From positions 13,145,893-13,209,892 of the forward strand of contig NC_068991.1 in assembly GCF_001194135.2 (NCBI RefSeq): a stretch of DNA of 64,000 bases, in the 5' to 3' direction. Origin of the DNA: Octopus bimaculoides (Eukaryota). The translations under genes were made by a program, and so were the position numbers. Under the pieces are notes generated by a model. It was given only the letters and a program-made list of their open reading frames with translations. It was not told the origin of the DNA and made no database searches. Below are positions 51,337 through 63,941 of this stretch, piece by piece (within the stretch, counting starts at the first letter, position 1; the number at the start of each line of letters is the position of its first letter).

Positions 51337-52574
51337 CGTATACGTAAGTATATATGCATGTGTATATACATGTATGCATATTTGTGTAAATGTGTATGCT
51401 TATATATATATATGTATATGCATATACATATATATAAGCATAAACATATACATATGCTTATATATATATATTATACAAGTATATATTTATATCCTTATAT
51501 ATATTTATGTATATATGTGTGTGTATGCTGCAGACATGTACACGTGTTTATACACTCACCATAAACACACACACACACACACACATGTATATACATAACA
51601 TAGTGTATATAATGAAGTGAAAACTGCTAATTATAATCACGGGTAATGTTATCAAATTGCGAGAAGAGCCATACACATTTGCACATAAACGCACACATAC
51701 CTGTATTCCCACCCACTCGCATTCCCACATAAATACACACACAAACACACACACACACGTATATTTATATTCATGCTCGCACATTCACGTGTACACGCCC
51801 ACGGAAACAGACACAGAGACACCCCGACTCCCACACCGCACAGACATACAGACAGACAAACACACTGACATATAAATAAAAAGACAAAAACGTAGTCATA
51901 TACAAATATGTACACGATTAGTGAAAGGTATATCACCCACAGTAATATGGCGGTACCTCACCTCAGCAGCAGCAGCAATAATAACAGAAACTGCAGCAGT
52001 TCTAGTTAACAACTAGTACCACAGCAACAGTAGGTACGAGCAGGTATTAATGTACCCACCCCGCACCGCCCTTCGCCCGCCACCACCTGGGTATCGTTAC
52101 ATTTCGCCAACCGCCATTTTCAAGTTCCTCGTTGTGTTTTGCTTCTTAGAAAGGAATTTACAGAACTCAAAAACTAACAGAAAAAAAAGCAAAATAATAA
52201 TAATAAATGAAAGAAATAAAATAAAAAAGAAAACAAACCTACAATAAATATATAAATACATAAATAAATATATTATAAAATCTACTGTTTACTCCCCCCC
52301 TTCTATAGGCTTCATACGGTCTCTATCTCATTACGATATCACATTCTGTATCTCTCTCTCTTTGTTAATCTAGAGGCTGTTTTCTGTCTTTCACTCTTTC
52401 ATCATTCATATCCCAGTGCATCTTTCTCTCACACTCTGTCACAGTCTGTCTGCCTTTTCTCCTCACTCTCTCTATCACCCTCTCTCCCTCTCCTTCTCAC
52501 TCTTTCTTCCTCGATATCTCTATCTCTCACCACGCTCACAGATACATTGTGTGTATGTGTGTGTGGATAGATAG

Positions 52575-52613
<39 letters not shown>

Positions 52614-52842
52614 TAAATAGACAGGTAGGTAGGTAGATCGGTAGTAAAACCCTTTTCTGTTTTTTTATTCTCTTCCATTTTCTCACAGCGTCTTTCACCC
52701 ATTCTCTCGTGTGTTTTTTTATATTACTTTTACTAAAGAACTACATGCAAACCAAAACGAAAGAAAGTCTTTTCACTCTATCAACCAGAACTTTGTCTCT
52801 TTCTAAAGGGCAACGTAAAACGTATACATTACACCACCTTTG

Positions 52843-52890
<48 letters not shown>

Positions 52891-53039
52891 TTGCGCTGTT
52901 TCTTCACTTTTCTCCCATATACACTTTCTCCCCCTTCTCTCTCGTACTCAATCTGCCTACTCCTCTCTTATATACTAGTTCTCCGACACACACACACAAA
53001 CACACACACGCATTCATCATCATCATCAACCCTTAGACA

Positions 53040-53278
53040 TTACTGTCTCTGGCCCTAGGACTTTCAGGGCCGGTTACCGGTTTCTAGGGTGTATAAGTAA
53101 CCCAGATCACAACATCGCACCTGAACTGGGTGCCAATTTGCTGCAGGGTTACTCATCAACCGCTGAGTGGATTGGAGCAACGCACCGCCCATATCTCAAA
53201 ATACTGCCCAGTCTGGGGATCGAAACAACGATCTTGCTATCATAAGTGCAACACTACAACCACTAGGCCATACACCTT
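53040..53278 (-). mobile_element. SINE family D-related copy
   Basis: ggggatcgaaacaacgatc...caaccactaggccatacacctt is the reverse-complement tRNA-like head. Confidence 0.7.
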
Positions 53279-53289
53279 TACTTTCTCAC

Positions 53290-53780
53290 ACACACACTCC
53301 CCTAATCCCATTTTCTCAATCAATCAATTCACAGATTTAGCAGTCCACCAGTCTATTAAACAATCAATCGATTCACTATACCACCAATCCACCGATCAAC
53401 CAATCACTCACTCTGCCAGTTCAGCAATTCTCCAATCTATCCATTCATTAGTGCAATTTACAAGTCCACCAATGTACCAACCCACCAATTCCTCAATTCA
53501 GTAATCCACCAACGCAGCAATCCACCAACTCACCAATTCTCCAATCCACCAATCAGCCAATCAACCAATCAACCAACTCACCGGTATGGTAATCCACATA
53601 TTCACCAATCCACCAACTCACCAATTCGACAATCTGCCAGTGCACCAATCCATCAGTCTATTAACCCACAAATCTACCAATCCCCCTAACTCACTAGTTC
53701 ACCAATTCACCAATGTACCAATCCACTTACACCAGTCTGCCAGTCCATTAATCGATCAGTCTACTAATCCACTAACCTTC
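53290..53780. repeat. Degenerate short-unit tandem repeat (ccaccaat/tcaccaat)
   Basis: Recurring caatccaccaa variants. Confidence 0.8.
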
Positions 53781-53949
53781 CGTTCCTCAAGAATCAAATA
53801 ATACGAACAATAACATTTGTTTTGGCTCTTTAACGTCTGACTTCAAATACCTCCAAAGCAATGCTTTTCATCCTTTCGGGAGTCGATTCAATTAACCAAC
53901 CCCCTCCTCTTCCATCAAATCTCAAGACTTGTTTCTAAATTAGAATCAA

Positions 53950-54090
53950 TGTGGTTGTGTGGTAAGAAGCTTGCTTCACAACCACATGGTTCCGGTTTCA
54001 GTCCCACTGCATAGCACTTTTGGGAAATGTCTTCTGCTATAGCCTCGGGCCGGTCAAAGCTTTGTGAATGAAATTGTTAGACACAAACTT
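53950..54090 (+). mobile_element. SINE family C, 5' half
   Basis: gtggttgtgtggtaagaagcttgctt...ctatagcctcgggccggtcaaagc. Confidence 0.85.
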
Positions 54091-54294
54091 AAAGTAGTAG
54101 TAGTAGTAGTAGTAGTTGTAGTAGTAGCAACAGCAGCAGCAGTAGTAGCAGTTCGGAAAGTCTTTGGAACCAAGAAAAATCTATGTTGTACCAGCCAAGC
54201 GTATCCGAGACGCGTGCAGTAGAAGCCGTTCTTCATGCTATTGTTGGCAAGAAAGAACGGTCATTCTTCCTTTAGCTAAACTAAAGAAAAGTTA

Positions 54295-54539
54295 CCTGCT
54301 CGTGTCATGCCGACTCACAAGGGTCCGTTTTACCTGTTTCATGGTGGTATACATTCCGCACCTGGCTAGGACACCAATCCGTTGCAGGATTACTCATTTT
54401 TGCCAGCCGAGTGGACTGGAGCAATATAAAAATGAAGTGCTTTGCTTAAGAACACAACACGTCGCCCGGTCCAGGAATCAAAACCACAATCTTACGATCA
54501 TGATTCCAATACCCTAACCACTAAGCCATGCGCCTCCAC
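54295..54539 (-). mobile_element. SINE family D-related copy
   Basis: gagtggactggagcaa...aagaacacaacacgtcgcccggtccaggaatcaaaacc...ctaaccactaagccatgcgcctcc. Confidence 0.8.
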
Positions 54540-55136
54540 ATTCCTCTACCTGGTGGCTACGGTAAAAGAGGTTGTGTCAGGTTGTGTCATGGACACGTCT
54601 GAAAACTTTCACAGTATATATTTTCGTCTCTAGCCGAGCTCTCTTCAACTTCCTTCAAATACTATTTGCAGCGGAAGGTAAGAGTAGAGATCGAAATGTT
54701 TTCTGTTAGTGTGTTTATCGAAAGATGAATGGAAGCAGTGAAGTTGGAGATATTGATTGAACCTAAGTAGGTGGATAGACACTGGGGNNNNNNNNNNNNN
54801 NNNNNNNNNNNNNNNNNNNNNNNNNNNNNNNNNNNNNNNNNNNNNNNNNNNNNNNNNNNNNNNNNNNNNNNNNNNNNNNNNNNNNNNNNNNNNNNNNNNN
54901 NNNNNNNNNNNNNNNNNNNNNNNNNNNNNNNNNNNNNNNNNNNNNNNNNNNNNNNNNNNNNNNNNNNNNNNNNNNNNNNNNNNNNNNNNNNNNNNNNNNN
55001 NNNNNNNNNNNNNNNNNNNNNNNNNNNNNNNNNNNNNNNNNNNNNNNNNNNNNNNNNNNNNNNNNNNNNNNNNNNNNNNNNNNNNNNNNNNNNNNNNNNN
55101 NNNNNNNNNNNNNNNNNNNNNNNNNNNNNNNNNNNN

Positions 55137-55168
<32 letters not shown>

Positions 55169-55271
55169 TATTATTATTATTATTGAGTGAGAGAGCAGTG
55201 CATGCCATCAAAGTGACACTGGGTTAAATATACGAAACCCGTGGGCATGAATAATAATAATAACAATAATG

Positions 55272-55335
<64 letters not shown>

Positions 55336-55385
55336 CATCAAAAAATACCTTAGGATTGAGAATCCAGGGTTCGAAATTTCCCCAA

Positions 55386-55431
55386 GACACCTGATGATGG
55401 CTGGAGGGTATATCAGCCGAAACGTTGTGTT
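55386..55431 (+). ncRNA. Minimal type I hammerhead ribozyme (Penelope/retrozyme type)
   Basis: GACAC CUGAUGA u GGCUG-gagggtatat-CAGCC GAAAC GUU GUGUU: stem I GACAC/GUGUU, intact core with one extra nt before stem II, 5-bp stem II, palindromic ACGU stem III, GUU cleavage triplet. Confidence 0.75.
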
Positions 55432-55529
55432 AACAACAAAGAATCCGTCAAATGTAAACAATGTAAATAGTGTAAATAAGGTACATGAGAACCAGAGCTT
55501 ATAATAATAATAATTATTATTTCGGTGAA

Positions 55530-55710
55530 TTTGACTGAATCGTTAGTATGCCGGACAAAATGCATAGCGGCATTTCTTCTTGCTTTACTTTCCGAGTTCA
55601 AATCCCACCGTAGTCGACTTTGCCTTTTATCCTATCGGGGCCGATATAATCGGTTAACCCTAGACTCCCAAGATTTCAGGCCTTATGCCTATAATAAAAA
55701 AGGATTATTA
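55530..55710 (+). mobile_element. Degenerate SINE family A copy
   Basis: ttccgagttcaaatcccaccgtagtcgactttgccttttatcctatcgggg. Confidence 0.7.
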
Positions 55711-55851
55711 CTTCCTCGTTCAAGAACCCAATCCGATGTTCATCTTTAAAATGTCTGTTTCACTTTTTTTCTGTCCTCGTCTGTTTCCCTTTCTCTGTGA
55801 CTCTCGATTCTACGATTTCTCTTTCTCTTTTACACGCTCTCTCTATCGCTC

Positions 55852-55887
<36 letters not shown>

Positions 55888-56060
55888 ACCCCCATATTCT
55901 CTCTTTCTCTTCTATCTTCTTTTTAACTCCCTGCCTTTTTAACTCTCTCCCCCCACCACCTCTTCCAACCATTCGTTTATCAACTCTGTGCAGCTTCCAG
56001 AGACATTGCGTGTGTCATACGTGATTGTTTGTATTCCCATCTAGCTGCTGGCCTCAGATC

Positions 56061-56140
<80 letters not shown>

Positions 56141-56300
56141 GAGAGAGAGAGAGAGAGAGTGAGAGGGAGAGAGAAAGAGAAAAAGAGAGTAAGTACTAAG
56201 GTGGTCGTTACTGTGCTGTAATTCTTCTGGAAGTGACTACTTTGGTATTCGCAAGAGTTTTATGTATGTATGTATGTATGTATGTAAGTGTGTGCGTACG

Positions 56301-56340
<40 letters not shown>

Positions 56341-56626
56341 CGAGAGTGAGAAAGGGTCAATGACCTTTAGTGACCAACTGATACAAAATGGAAGTTGTTT
56401 ACTTCTCCTTCTGCTTGTTTCTTTTACTATCCAGATATACCTTTACATCTGTGCGCGCGTATGTTTGTTTGTGTGTGTGTATTTATATATGTATGTATGC
56501 ATGTATATATATATATATATATGTATGTGCGTGTGTATGTATGCTTGTTATATATATATATATATGTATGCATGTGTATGTGTATATAAGTATGTGTGTA
56601 TATGTGGGTACGTGTATATGTATGCT

Positions 56627-56668
<42 letters not shown>

Positions 56669-56677
56669 TGTGTGTGT

Positions 56678-56730
56678 GGAGGCGCAATGGCCCAGTGGTT
56701 AGGGCAGCGGACTCGCGGTCATAGGATCGC
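56678..56730 (+). mobile_element. Isolated tRNA-like head of SINE family B
   Basis: ggaggcgcaatggcccagtggttagggcagcggactcgcggtcataggatcgc, then breaks off before the B-box. Confidence 0.85.
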
Positions 56731-58105
56731 AATGCCTTTATATATATATATGTGTNNNNNNNNNNNNNNNNNNNNNNNNNNNNNNNNNNNNNNNNNNNNN
56801 NNNNNNNNNNNNNNNNNNNNNNNNNNNNNNNNNNNNNNNNNNNNNNNNNNNNNNNNNNNNNNNNNNNNNNNNNNNNNNNNNNNNNNNNNNNNNNNNNNNN
56901 NNNNNNNNNNNNNNNNNNNNNNNNNNNNNNNNNNNNNNNNNNNNNNNNNNNNNNNNNNNNNNNNNNNNNNNNNNNNNNNNNNNNNNNNNNNNNNNNNNNN
57001 NNNNNNNNNNNNNNNNNNNNNNNNNNNNNNNNNNNNNNNNNNNNNNNNNNNNNNNNNNNNNNNNNNNNNNNNNNNNNNNNNNNNNNNNNNNNNNNNNNNN
57101 NNNNNNNNNNNNNNNNNNNNNNNNNNNNNNNNNNNNNNNNNNNNNNNNNNNNNNNNNNNNNNNNNNNNNNNNNNNNNNNNNNNNNNNNNNNNNNNNNNNN
57201 NNNNNNNNNNNNNNNNNNNNNNNNNNNNNNNNNNNNNNNNNNNNNNNNNNNNNNNNNNNNNNNNNNNNNNNNNNNNNNNNNNNNNNNNNNNNNNNNNNNN
57301 NNNNNNNNNNNNNNNNNNNNNNNNNNNNNNNNNNNNNNNNNNNNNNNNNNNNNNNNNNNNNNNNNNNNNNNNNNNNNNNNNNNNNNNNNNNNNNNNNNNN
57401 NNNNNNNNNNNNNNNNNNNNNNNNNNNNNNNNNNNNNNNNNNNNNNNNNNNNNNNNNNNNNNNNNNNNNNNNNNNNNNNNNNNNNNNNNNNNNNNNNNNN
57501 NNNNNNNNNNNNNNNNNNNNNNNNNNNNNNNNNNNNNNNNNNNNNNNNNNNNNNNNNNNNNNNACACATAATATCAACTCCCGCCCTTTTCCTGATACGG
57601 AATACTCTGATAAACTCTAACACAGTACCTCAATAGCTTCACCCTATCCAGTTTCTTTGCACTGCGTTACTTCATAGACTAGTTTCGTTCAACCTTACAC
57701 GCCACGTCTAATGTTTATAAACACTCGTTTCCTACCACACCCAAAAATCTAATCTCCACCTTACCATTGTTTCCAAATCACGCCTTCTTATGTATTCAGA
57801 GCGTACACACACACACACACTCGTAACTGAACTGTATTTGATAGACTTATGTAACTTATTTTCCAATCTAACCTCTAACGTAGGATGTCTTTATTGTTTC
57901 ATACTCGTCATACACAGATAGTAAACAACAACATTCAGTCAGATCAAGTTTATCACCCTTCTTGAACTCCACCACCCGCTTCATCTACACAAAATGTTTT
58001 CGAGCACTACTTGTAACATTGAGAATACATATTAAATCCCAAACCATGAGGTTCCTTATAAAAGACAATTAATTTGCTGATTATGTACGATATTGTCTTT
58101 TTCTT

Positions 58106-58497
58106 TTTACTCTTTTTTAAAACTTGTTTCAGTCATTTGACTGCGGCCATGCTGGAGCACCGCCTTTAGTCGAGAAAATCGCCCCCAAGATTTATTCTCT
58201 GTAAGCCTAGTACTTATTCTATCGGTCTCTTTTTGCCGAACCGCTAAGTTACGGGGACGTAAACACGCCAGCATCGGTTGTCAAGCGATGGTAGGGGGGG
58301 ACAAACACAAACATAATATATATATACATATATATGACGGGCTTCTTTCAGTTTCCATTTACCAAATCCACTCACAAGGCTTTGGTCAGCCCGAGGCTAT
58401 AGTTGAAGACACTTGCTCAAGGTGCCACACAGTGGGACTGAACCCAGAACCATGTGGTTGGTAAGCAAGCTACTTACCACACAGCCACTCCTGCGCC
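58106..58497 (-). mobile_element. SINE family C, full length
   Basis: Tail cttgtttcagtcatttgactgcggcc to head ccacacagccactcctgcgcct. Confidence 0.92.
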
Positions 58498-58734
58498 TAT
58501 GTATGTGTATATGTATGTGCATATATGTGTACACACATACACACACACATATATATATCGACCGCACATAGTTTATCGGTAGGATGCACTTATAGGCGTA
58601 AAAGAATGTATACTTGAAGCCTATCCATGAACAAACAAAAGACATACATTGTGTATGTGCGTTGGATATCTTGTATATCCCTCGAGCTGCTTTTAATCCA
58701 TGTTTGCGCTTTGCATCGTTTTTGCTTTCAAATG

Positions 58735-58878
58735 ACTGCATTCCACTGGCTAGGGGCCTGAAGCAACATGAAAATGAAGTGTGTTGCTCAAGAACATAAC
58801 GTGATGCCCGAACTAGGGATCGATTGCACACGATCTAGCTACCCTGAGTGCAACATCCTAACCACTAGGCCATGCGCC

Positions 58879-58881
<3 letters not shown>
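58735..58881 (-). mobile_element. SINE family D-related 5' fragment
   Basis: aatgaagtgtgttgctcaagaacataac...cctaaccactaggccatgcgcctt. Confidence 0.75.
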
Positions 58882-58923
<42 letters not shown>

Positions 58924-58924
<1 letters not shown>

Positions 58925-59683
58925 AGGTAAACAAGGCTAACAGAAAATCAGACGAATATCTCAGTGGTCAGCACTCCATACAGTAAACCCGGCTAACAAT
59001 GTCCAGTGAAGAGTATAGTATTTCATATAGGTGAAATACACCGTGCGATACGTACAAACTGTAAACCCGAGGTTGTTCAATAATCGATTAGTTGGTACAC
59101 GAATCACAGAGAATAATGGCAATCAAACGTAGAATGAGGAATTGTGGCTATTAAAATCATAATCATCATTCATCATCATAATCATCATCATCATCAATCG
59201 TCATATCATTAATCACCAGCAATCATCAATCATTAATCATCAATCACCATCAATCATCAATCACCAGCAATCATCAATCATTAATCATCAATCACCATCA
59301 ATCATCAATCATCAATCATTAATCATCACATCAATCACAAATCACCAACCAGTAATCAGTATCAATCATTAACCACCATCAATCAGCAATCATTAATCAC
59401 CGTCAATCATCAATCATTAATCACCATCAATCACCATCAATCATCAATCTCGTCAATCATCAATCAATAATCGCCATCAATCATCAAATCATCATCCATC
59501 AATCATCCACCATCAATCATCCAATCATCAATCATCACACAAGGTAAACAAGGCTAACAGAAAATCAGACGAATATCTCAGTGGTCAGTAAACCCGGCTA
59601 ACAATGTCCAGTGAAGAGTACCGTGCCATACGTAGAAACTCTAAACCTGAGGTTGTTCAATAAGAGAATAATGGCAATCAAAC
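58924..59683. repeat. Direct repeats (205 bp and 143 bp) flanking a degenerate (ATCA/ATC)n tract
   Basis: 58924-59128 vs 59541-59683; the second copy lacks 12, 25 and 25 bp blocks. Confidence 0.9.
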
Positions 59684-61101
59684 TTTATTCACTATTATGT
59701 ATATATTCATGTGTACATAGGTATTTGATTCTCCCCCACCCCACCCCACCCCGTCATTTACGTAAATCCCCACAAANNNNNNNNNNNNNNNNNNNNNNNN
59801 NNNNNNNNNNNNNNNNNNNNNNNNNNNNNNNNNNNNNNNNNNNNNNNNNNNNNNNNNNNNNNNNNNNNNNNNNNNNNNNNNNNNNNNNNNNNNNNNNNNN
59901 NNNNNNNNNNNNNNNNNNNNNNNNNNNNNNNNNNNNNNNNNNNNNNNNNNNNNNNNNNNNNNNNNNNNNNNNNNNNNNNNNNNNNNNNNNNNNNNNNNNN
60001 NNNNNNNNNNNNNNNNNNNNNNNNNNNNNNNNNNNNNNNNNNNNNNNNNNNNNNNNNNNNNNNNNNNNNNNNNNNNNNNNNNNNNNNNNNNNNNNNNNNN
60101 NNNNNNNNNNNNNNNNNNNNNNNNNNNNNNNNNNNNNNNNNNNNNNNNNNNNNNNNNNNNNNNNNNNNNNNNNNNNNNNNNNNNNNNNNNNNNNNNNNNN
60201 NNNNNNNNNNNNNNNNNNNNNNNNNNNNNNNNNNNNNNNNNNNNNNNNNNNNNNNNNNNNNNNNNNNNNNNNNNNNNNNNNNNNNNNNNNNNNNNNNNNN
60301 NNNNNNNNNNNNNNNNNNNNNNNNNNNNNNNNNNNNNNNNNNNNNNNNNNNNNNNNNNNNNNNNNNNNNNNNNNNNNNNNNNNNNNNNNNNNNNNNNNNN
60401 NNNNNNNNNNNNNNNNNNNNNNNNNNNNNNNNNNNNNNNNNNNNNNNNNNNNNNNNNNNNNNNNNNNNNNNNNNNNNNNNNNNNNNNNNNNNNNNNNNNN
60501 NNNNNNNNNNNNNNNNNNNNNNNNNNNNNNNNNNNNNNNNNNNNNNNNNNNNNNNNNNNNNNNNNNNNNNNNNNNNNNNTATATTTGTATGTGCATATAT
60601 GTATGTATGCATGTTTGTATGTATTTATGCATGTATCAACACAACTTACACACTATACACGCATGCATACACAAACATATGTACACGCATACATATACGT
60701 GTATGCACGTACGTACGCATGGATCAACGAATATGTGTGTGTGTGCGTGAGCACGCGTGTATGTATGTATATGCACTCACAGTAATTAAAAATCTCATAT
60801 GAACTAAAATTGTATTGCTTTGGTTTACACTCGTGCACGCGTGCATACGTACATATGTACACCAAATTTTCACAGACATTTATATACACACCATATGCGT
60901 ATAAAATACCCACCGTGTTGTAGACATTCGTGATTAAAGAAATCCACAACAACGGTCCCAAGATCCTGTTGTGTTCGCTGAACACTGAAGTACCGGGTTA
61001 TTAATCAAACGTAACCCTTTTACATATCACCATGTAGTATACTATTTGGCTACTCTCTCGGTGACAGGTTGGTACACTTTCTCTTACATACACATCAGAC
61101 A

Positions 61102-61312
61102 TGTAGTCTTTCCAGAAACGTAGCTAAGAAAATAGGGAGGCAAGGAGAAGGAGAGTTGCGACCCGTGCAACGATTTTATTGGGGCGGCACATTTGGGTCT
61201 GTTGTATAAGCCTGTATAGGCTTGGGAGCCCGGGTTGGTAGAGAGGAAGCGGCGAACATAAGGGCTTTCCTGGGTGGCACACACTCTAGCTCCGCCTCTA
61301 ACTCCTTTTACA
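61102..61312 (-). mobile_element. Putative solo LTR
   Basis: 211-bp GC-richer island bounded TGT...ACA, with AATAAA on the minus strand (plus-strand ttttatt near 61175); no clean TSD found. Confidence 0.5.
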
Positions 61313-61669
61313 ACAATGTTGGATTATTAAGTATGCATTGGCAAGGAGCAACGCCTCTTTTTCCAAATACGATGTTACACTAATCTTGCGTTGTTAGAGA
61401 GGTACTCTTTTTTTTGCACACAATGTTACATTAATCTTTTGTTGTCAGAATGGTACTTTTTTTTAGAATGACATTATCAAACTATTTTTTTTCCGTTGTT
61501 CACATACAATTCTTCCAATATCAGGCTGGTACTCCTTTTTTTACACGTACACTATTTAACGAGTCTTCCATTTTAGAGACTGATACTCGTCCTTTCACCA
61601 CACTCTTCGTTGTTAGACTGGTACTCCTCTTAACAATAAAAAATACTCCAAACTCTGATCAGTTGAGCC

Positions 61670-61710
61670 AGTACATTTTCAAGTACATTTTCAAGTACAT
61701 TTTCAAGTAC
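61670..61710. repeat. 12-bp tandem repeat agtacattttca x3.4
   Basis: Direct reading. Confidence 0.9.
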
Positions 61711-62973
61711 TTTTGAAATATCAGAAGATGCACAGTTGCTCTCGTAAGTGATACATATAAATACAGGAAGATATATTTAAAAAGAAGAGAAAATTTTAAA
61801 TGAAACCAATTGGTGAAAAACATATCTTTTCCAGTATGTCTCTAATATCGTATACCTTGAATACACGTTTAATTTTTTTAAAACAACATATGTTATAATA
61901 TAGCCATCTGTATATGACACTAAAAGCAGATAAATTGCAGAAAGGCAGATTAACTGCAGTATTCGTCCGGATATAATATCTCTCGTACACGTACTGTGTT
62001 TAAAAGTAGTAGCAGATGAAAATCGTCCAGCAGTAGCGGTGAGAATGCTAATTGTGCATTTCTGCTTCGTTGGCCCTTGTCAGTAGCATGTCCCCACTGC
62101 CAACCGCATGCTAAGACAAAATCCGTCGCTGACCATCAGAGATGTTCTATCCGGATGTCAATTTGCCTTTTCGTGATGTATCTGCATTTGAGTATGATAC
62201 ACAAATGACCGCTTTAATGTAAGACTGCTTCTGTTGCATATAAAGGATGTTATAATATATTACTCATATAAACACCTTTTAAAACTGTAAATATATATCT
62301 TTTAAGACCGTTTTTCTTATTTTTTTCTTAAATATTTCAAATTTCGGTATAATGGCATACAATAATGGGATTTTCGTTATTTAAAAATGTTCGTTTGACC
62401 TACAAAAAGTACCTGCCAGATATCCATCAAATCATATCCTATCGTCTTAGAAAAAGACATTTTCGACAGTGTGGCCCAGTGTACTTAACACAAAGAAAAA
62501 AAAAACAACTGGACGGTCACGACTGGCTGGCAAATTTTGGATCATAGATCTCATGAACCCGGGGTTAAATAGCCTCCATCACAGCAATAACTGCTACGGG
62601 TTCATTAGACGTGGTTTTCTTCTCTCACTGTCACATCAGCTGTTACTACAACGACCACTAATCCTCTGAGCTAAGAAGCTGTGTACGACAATCGCCGGCT
62701 AAGCTTAATCAATGGACTCACCTCACGCTTACTTGTCAACCCCTGCTGTGTCTTAATCTACACAATAACACCACTTTCTCTAATCATTCCTCGCCAGATT
62801 CTCATCCCCCTCTCATTAAGTTCATCCCTTCTAGCGTTCATCCTAGATGCAGATATTTTTATCTGCGTATAGAAATAGATGTACGGCACCAGATACGAGA
62901 TTAAATGATATTTATCTCTCACTGGATGGAGAACTTTTTGTTGATCTTACCTTAACGGAACAGCAACCTATAG

Positions 62974-62974
<1 letters not shown>

Positions 62975-63027
<53 letters not shown>

Positions 63028-63199
63028 CTCTTTCCGTCCATGTATCTATCTCTCTGTCTATCCATCCATCCATCTATCTACCTGTCTGTCTATCTGTTTA
63101 TCCATATGTCTACCCATCTAGCTATCTGTTTGTCTATCCATCTATCTGTCTGTCTATACATCTATCTATCTGTCTATCCATCTATCTATCCATCTATCC

Positions 63200-63240
<41 letters not shown>

Positions 63241-63415
63241 ATCTATCTAATCTATCTGTTTGTCTGTCTATCCATATGTCTGTCTGTCTAGCTATCTATC
63301 CATCTATCTGTCTGTCTATCCATCTGTCTGTCTATCTACCCATCTATCTGTCTGTCTATCTATCTGTCTATCTACCTGTCTACCTACCTACCTACCTACC
63401 TACCTACCTACCTAC

Positions 63416-63485
<70 letters not shown>

Positions 63486-63486
63486 G
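62975..63486. repeat. Compound tetranucleotide tract (TATC/TGTC/TCCA/TACC)n
   Basis: Direct reading; source of ORF 62847-63554. Confidence 0.95.
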
Positions 63487-63540
63487 CATGTATATGTATG
63501 CATGTGCGCACGCACGTGTGTGTGTATACATGTATATATG

Positions 63541-63801
63541 CAGGGCCGGATTAAGACCCATTGAGGCCCTAAGCACTTAAAAGATGTTGGTGCCCTCATG
63601 CATTTTTAATTCAACATATGAAAAAAATAATAAACCATGAAATAATTTTTTTCCGTTCATATAAACCTCTTCTAATATTATTTTCGCAAGTTCTAAGTGA
63701 TTTCTTTTGTGCCGTAAACCATTTACCATTTCTGTGGTGTCCCCGTTTCTCTTGATGCCCTAAGCACGTGCTTAGTTTTCTTAATGGTTAATCCAGCGCA
63801 G
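63541..63801. mobile_element. hAT-like MITE, decayed
   Basis: cagggccggattaa vs ttaatccagcgcag (11/14 inverted match); internal gccctaagcac repeated; TSD not evident. Confidence 0.6.
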
Positions 63802-63941
63802 CATGTATCAATACATGACACTTTCAATCCAAAGGCCAGTGATATAAAAATAAAGAAATCAATATATGTTAGATTATTGAATATACTTATTAAATATGCG
63901 TGCATGTATTGTTTGGATATATGTATGTGAGTGTGTGCCTA

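Noticed and set aside
56678-56730. tRNA gene (also heads at 17325, 18519 and 48470)
   Set aside because: A/B-box heads continue into SINE bodies or break off; no complete cloverleaf with an acceptor stem
57565-57790. Possible decayed CR1-type LINE RT fragment on the minus strand (VYK, VQRNW, RKRAGVDI)
   Set aside because: Motifs are short, spread over broken frames and partly out of order; too weak to call by eye
53290-59530. CRISPR-like appearance of the repeat tracts at 53290-53780 and 59150-59530 (also 61670-61710)
   Set aside because: Short degenerate tandem units without constant repeats separated by unique spacers, no cas genes, and a eukaryotic context
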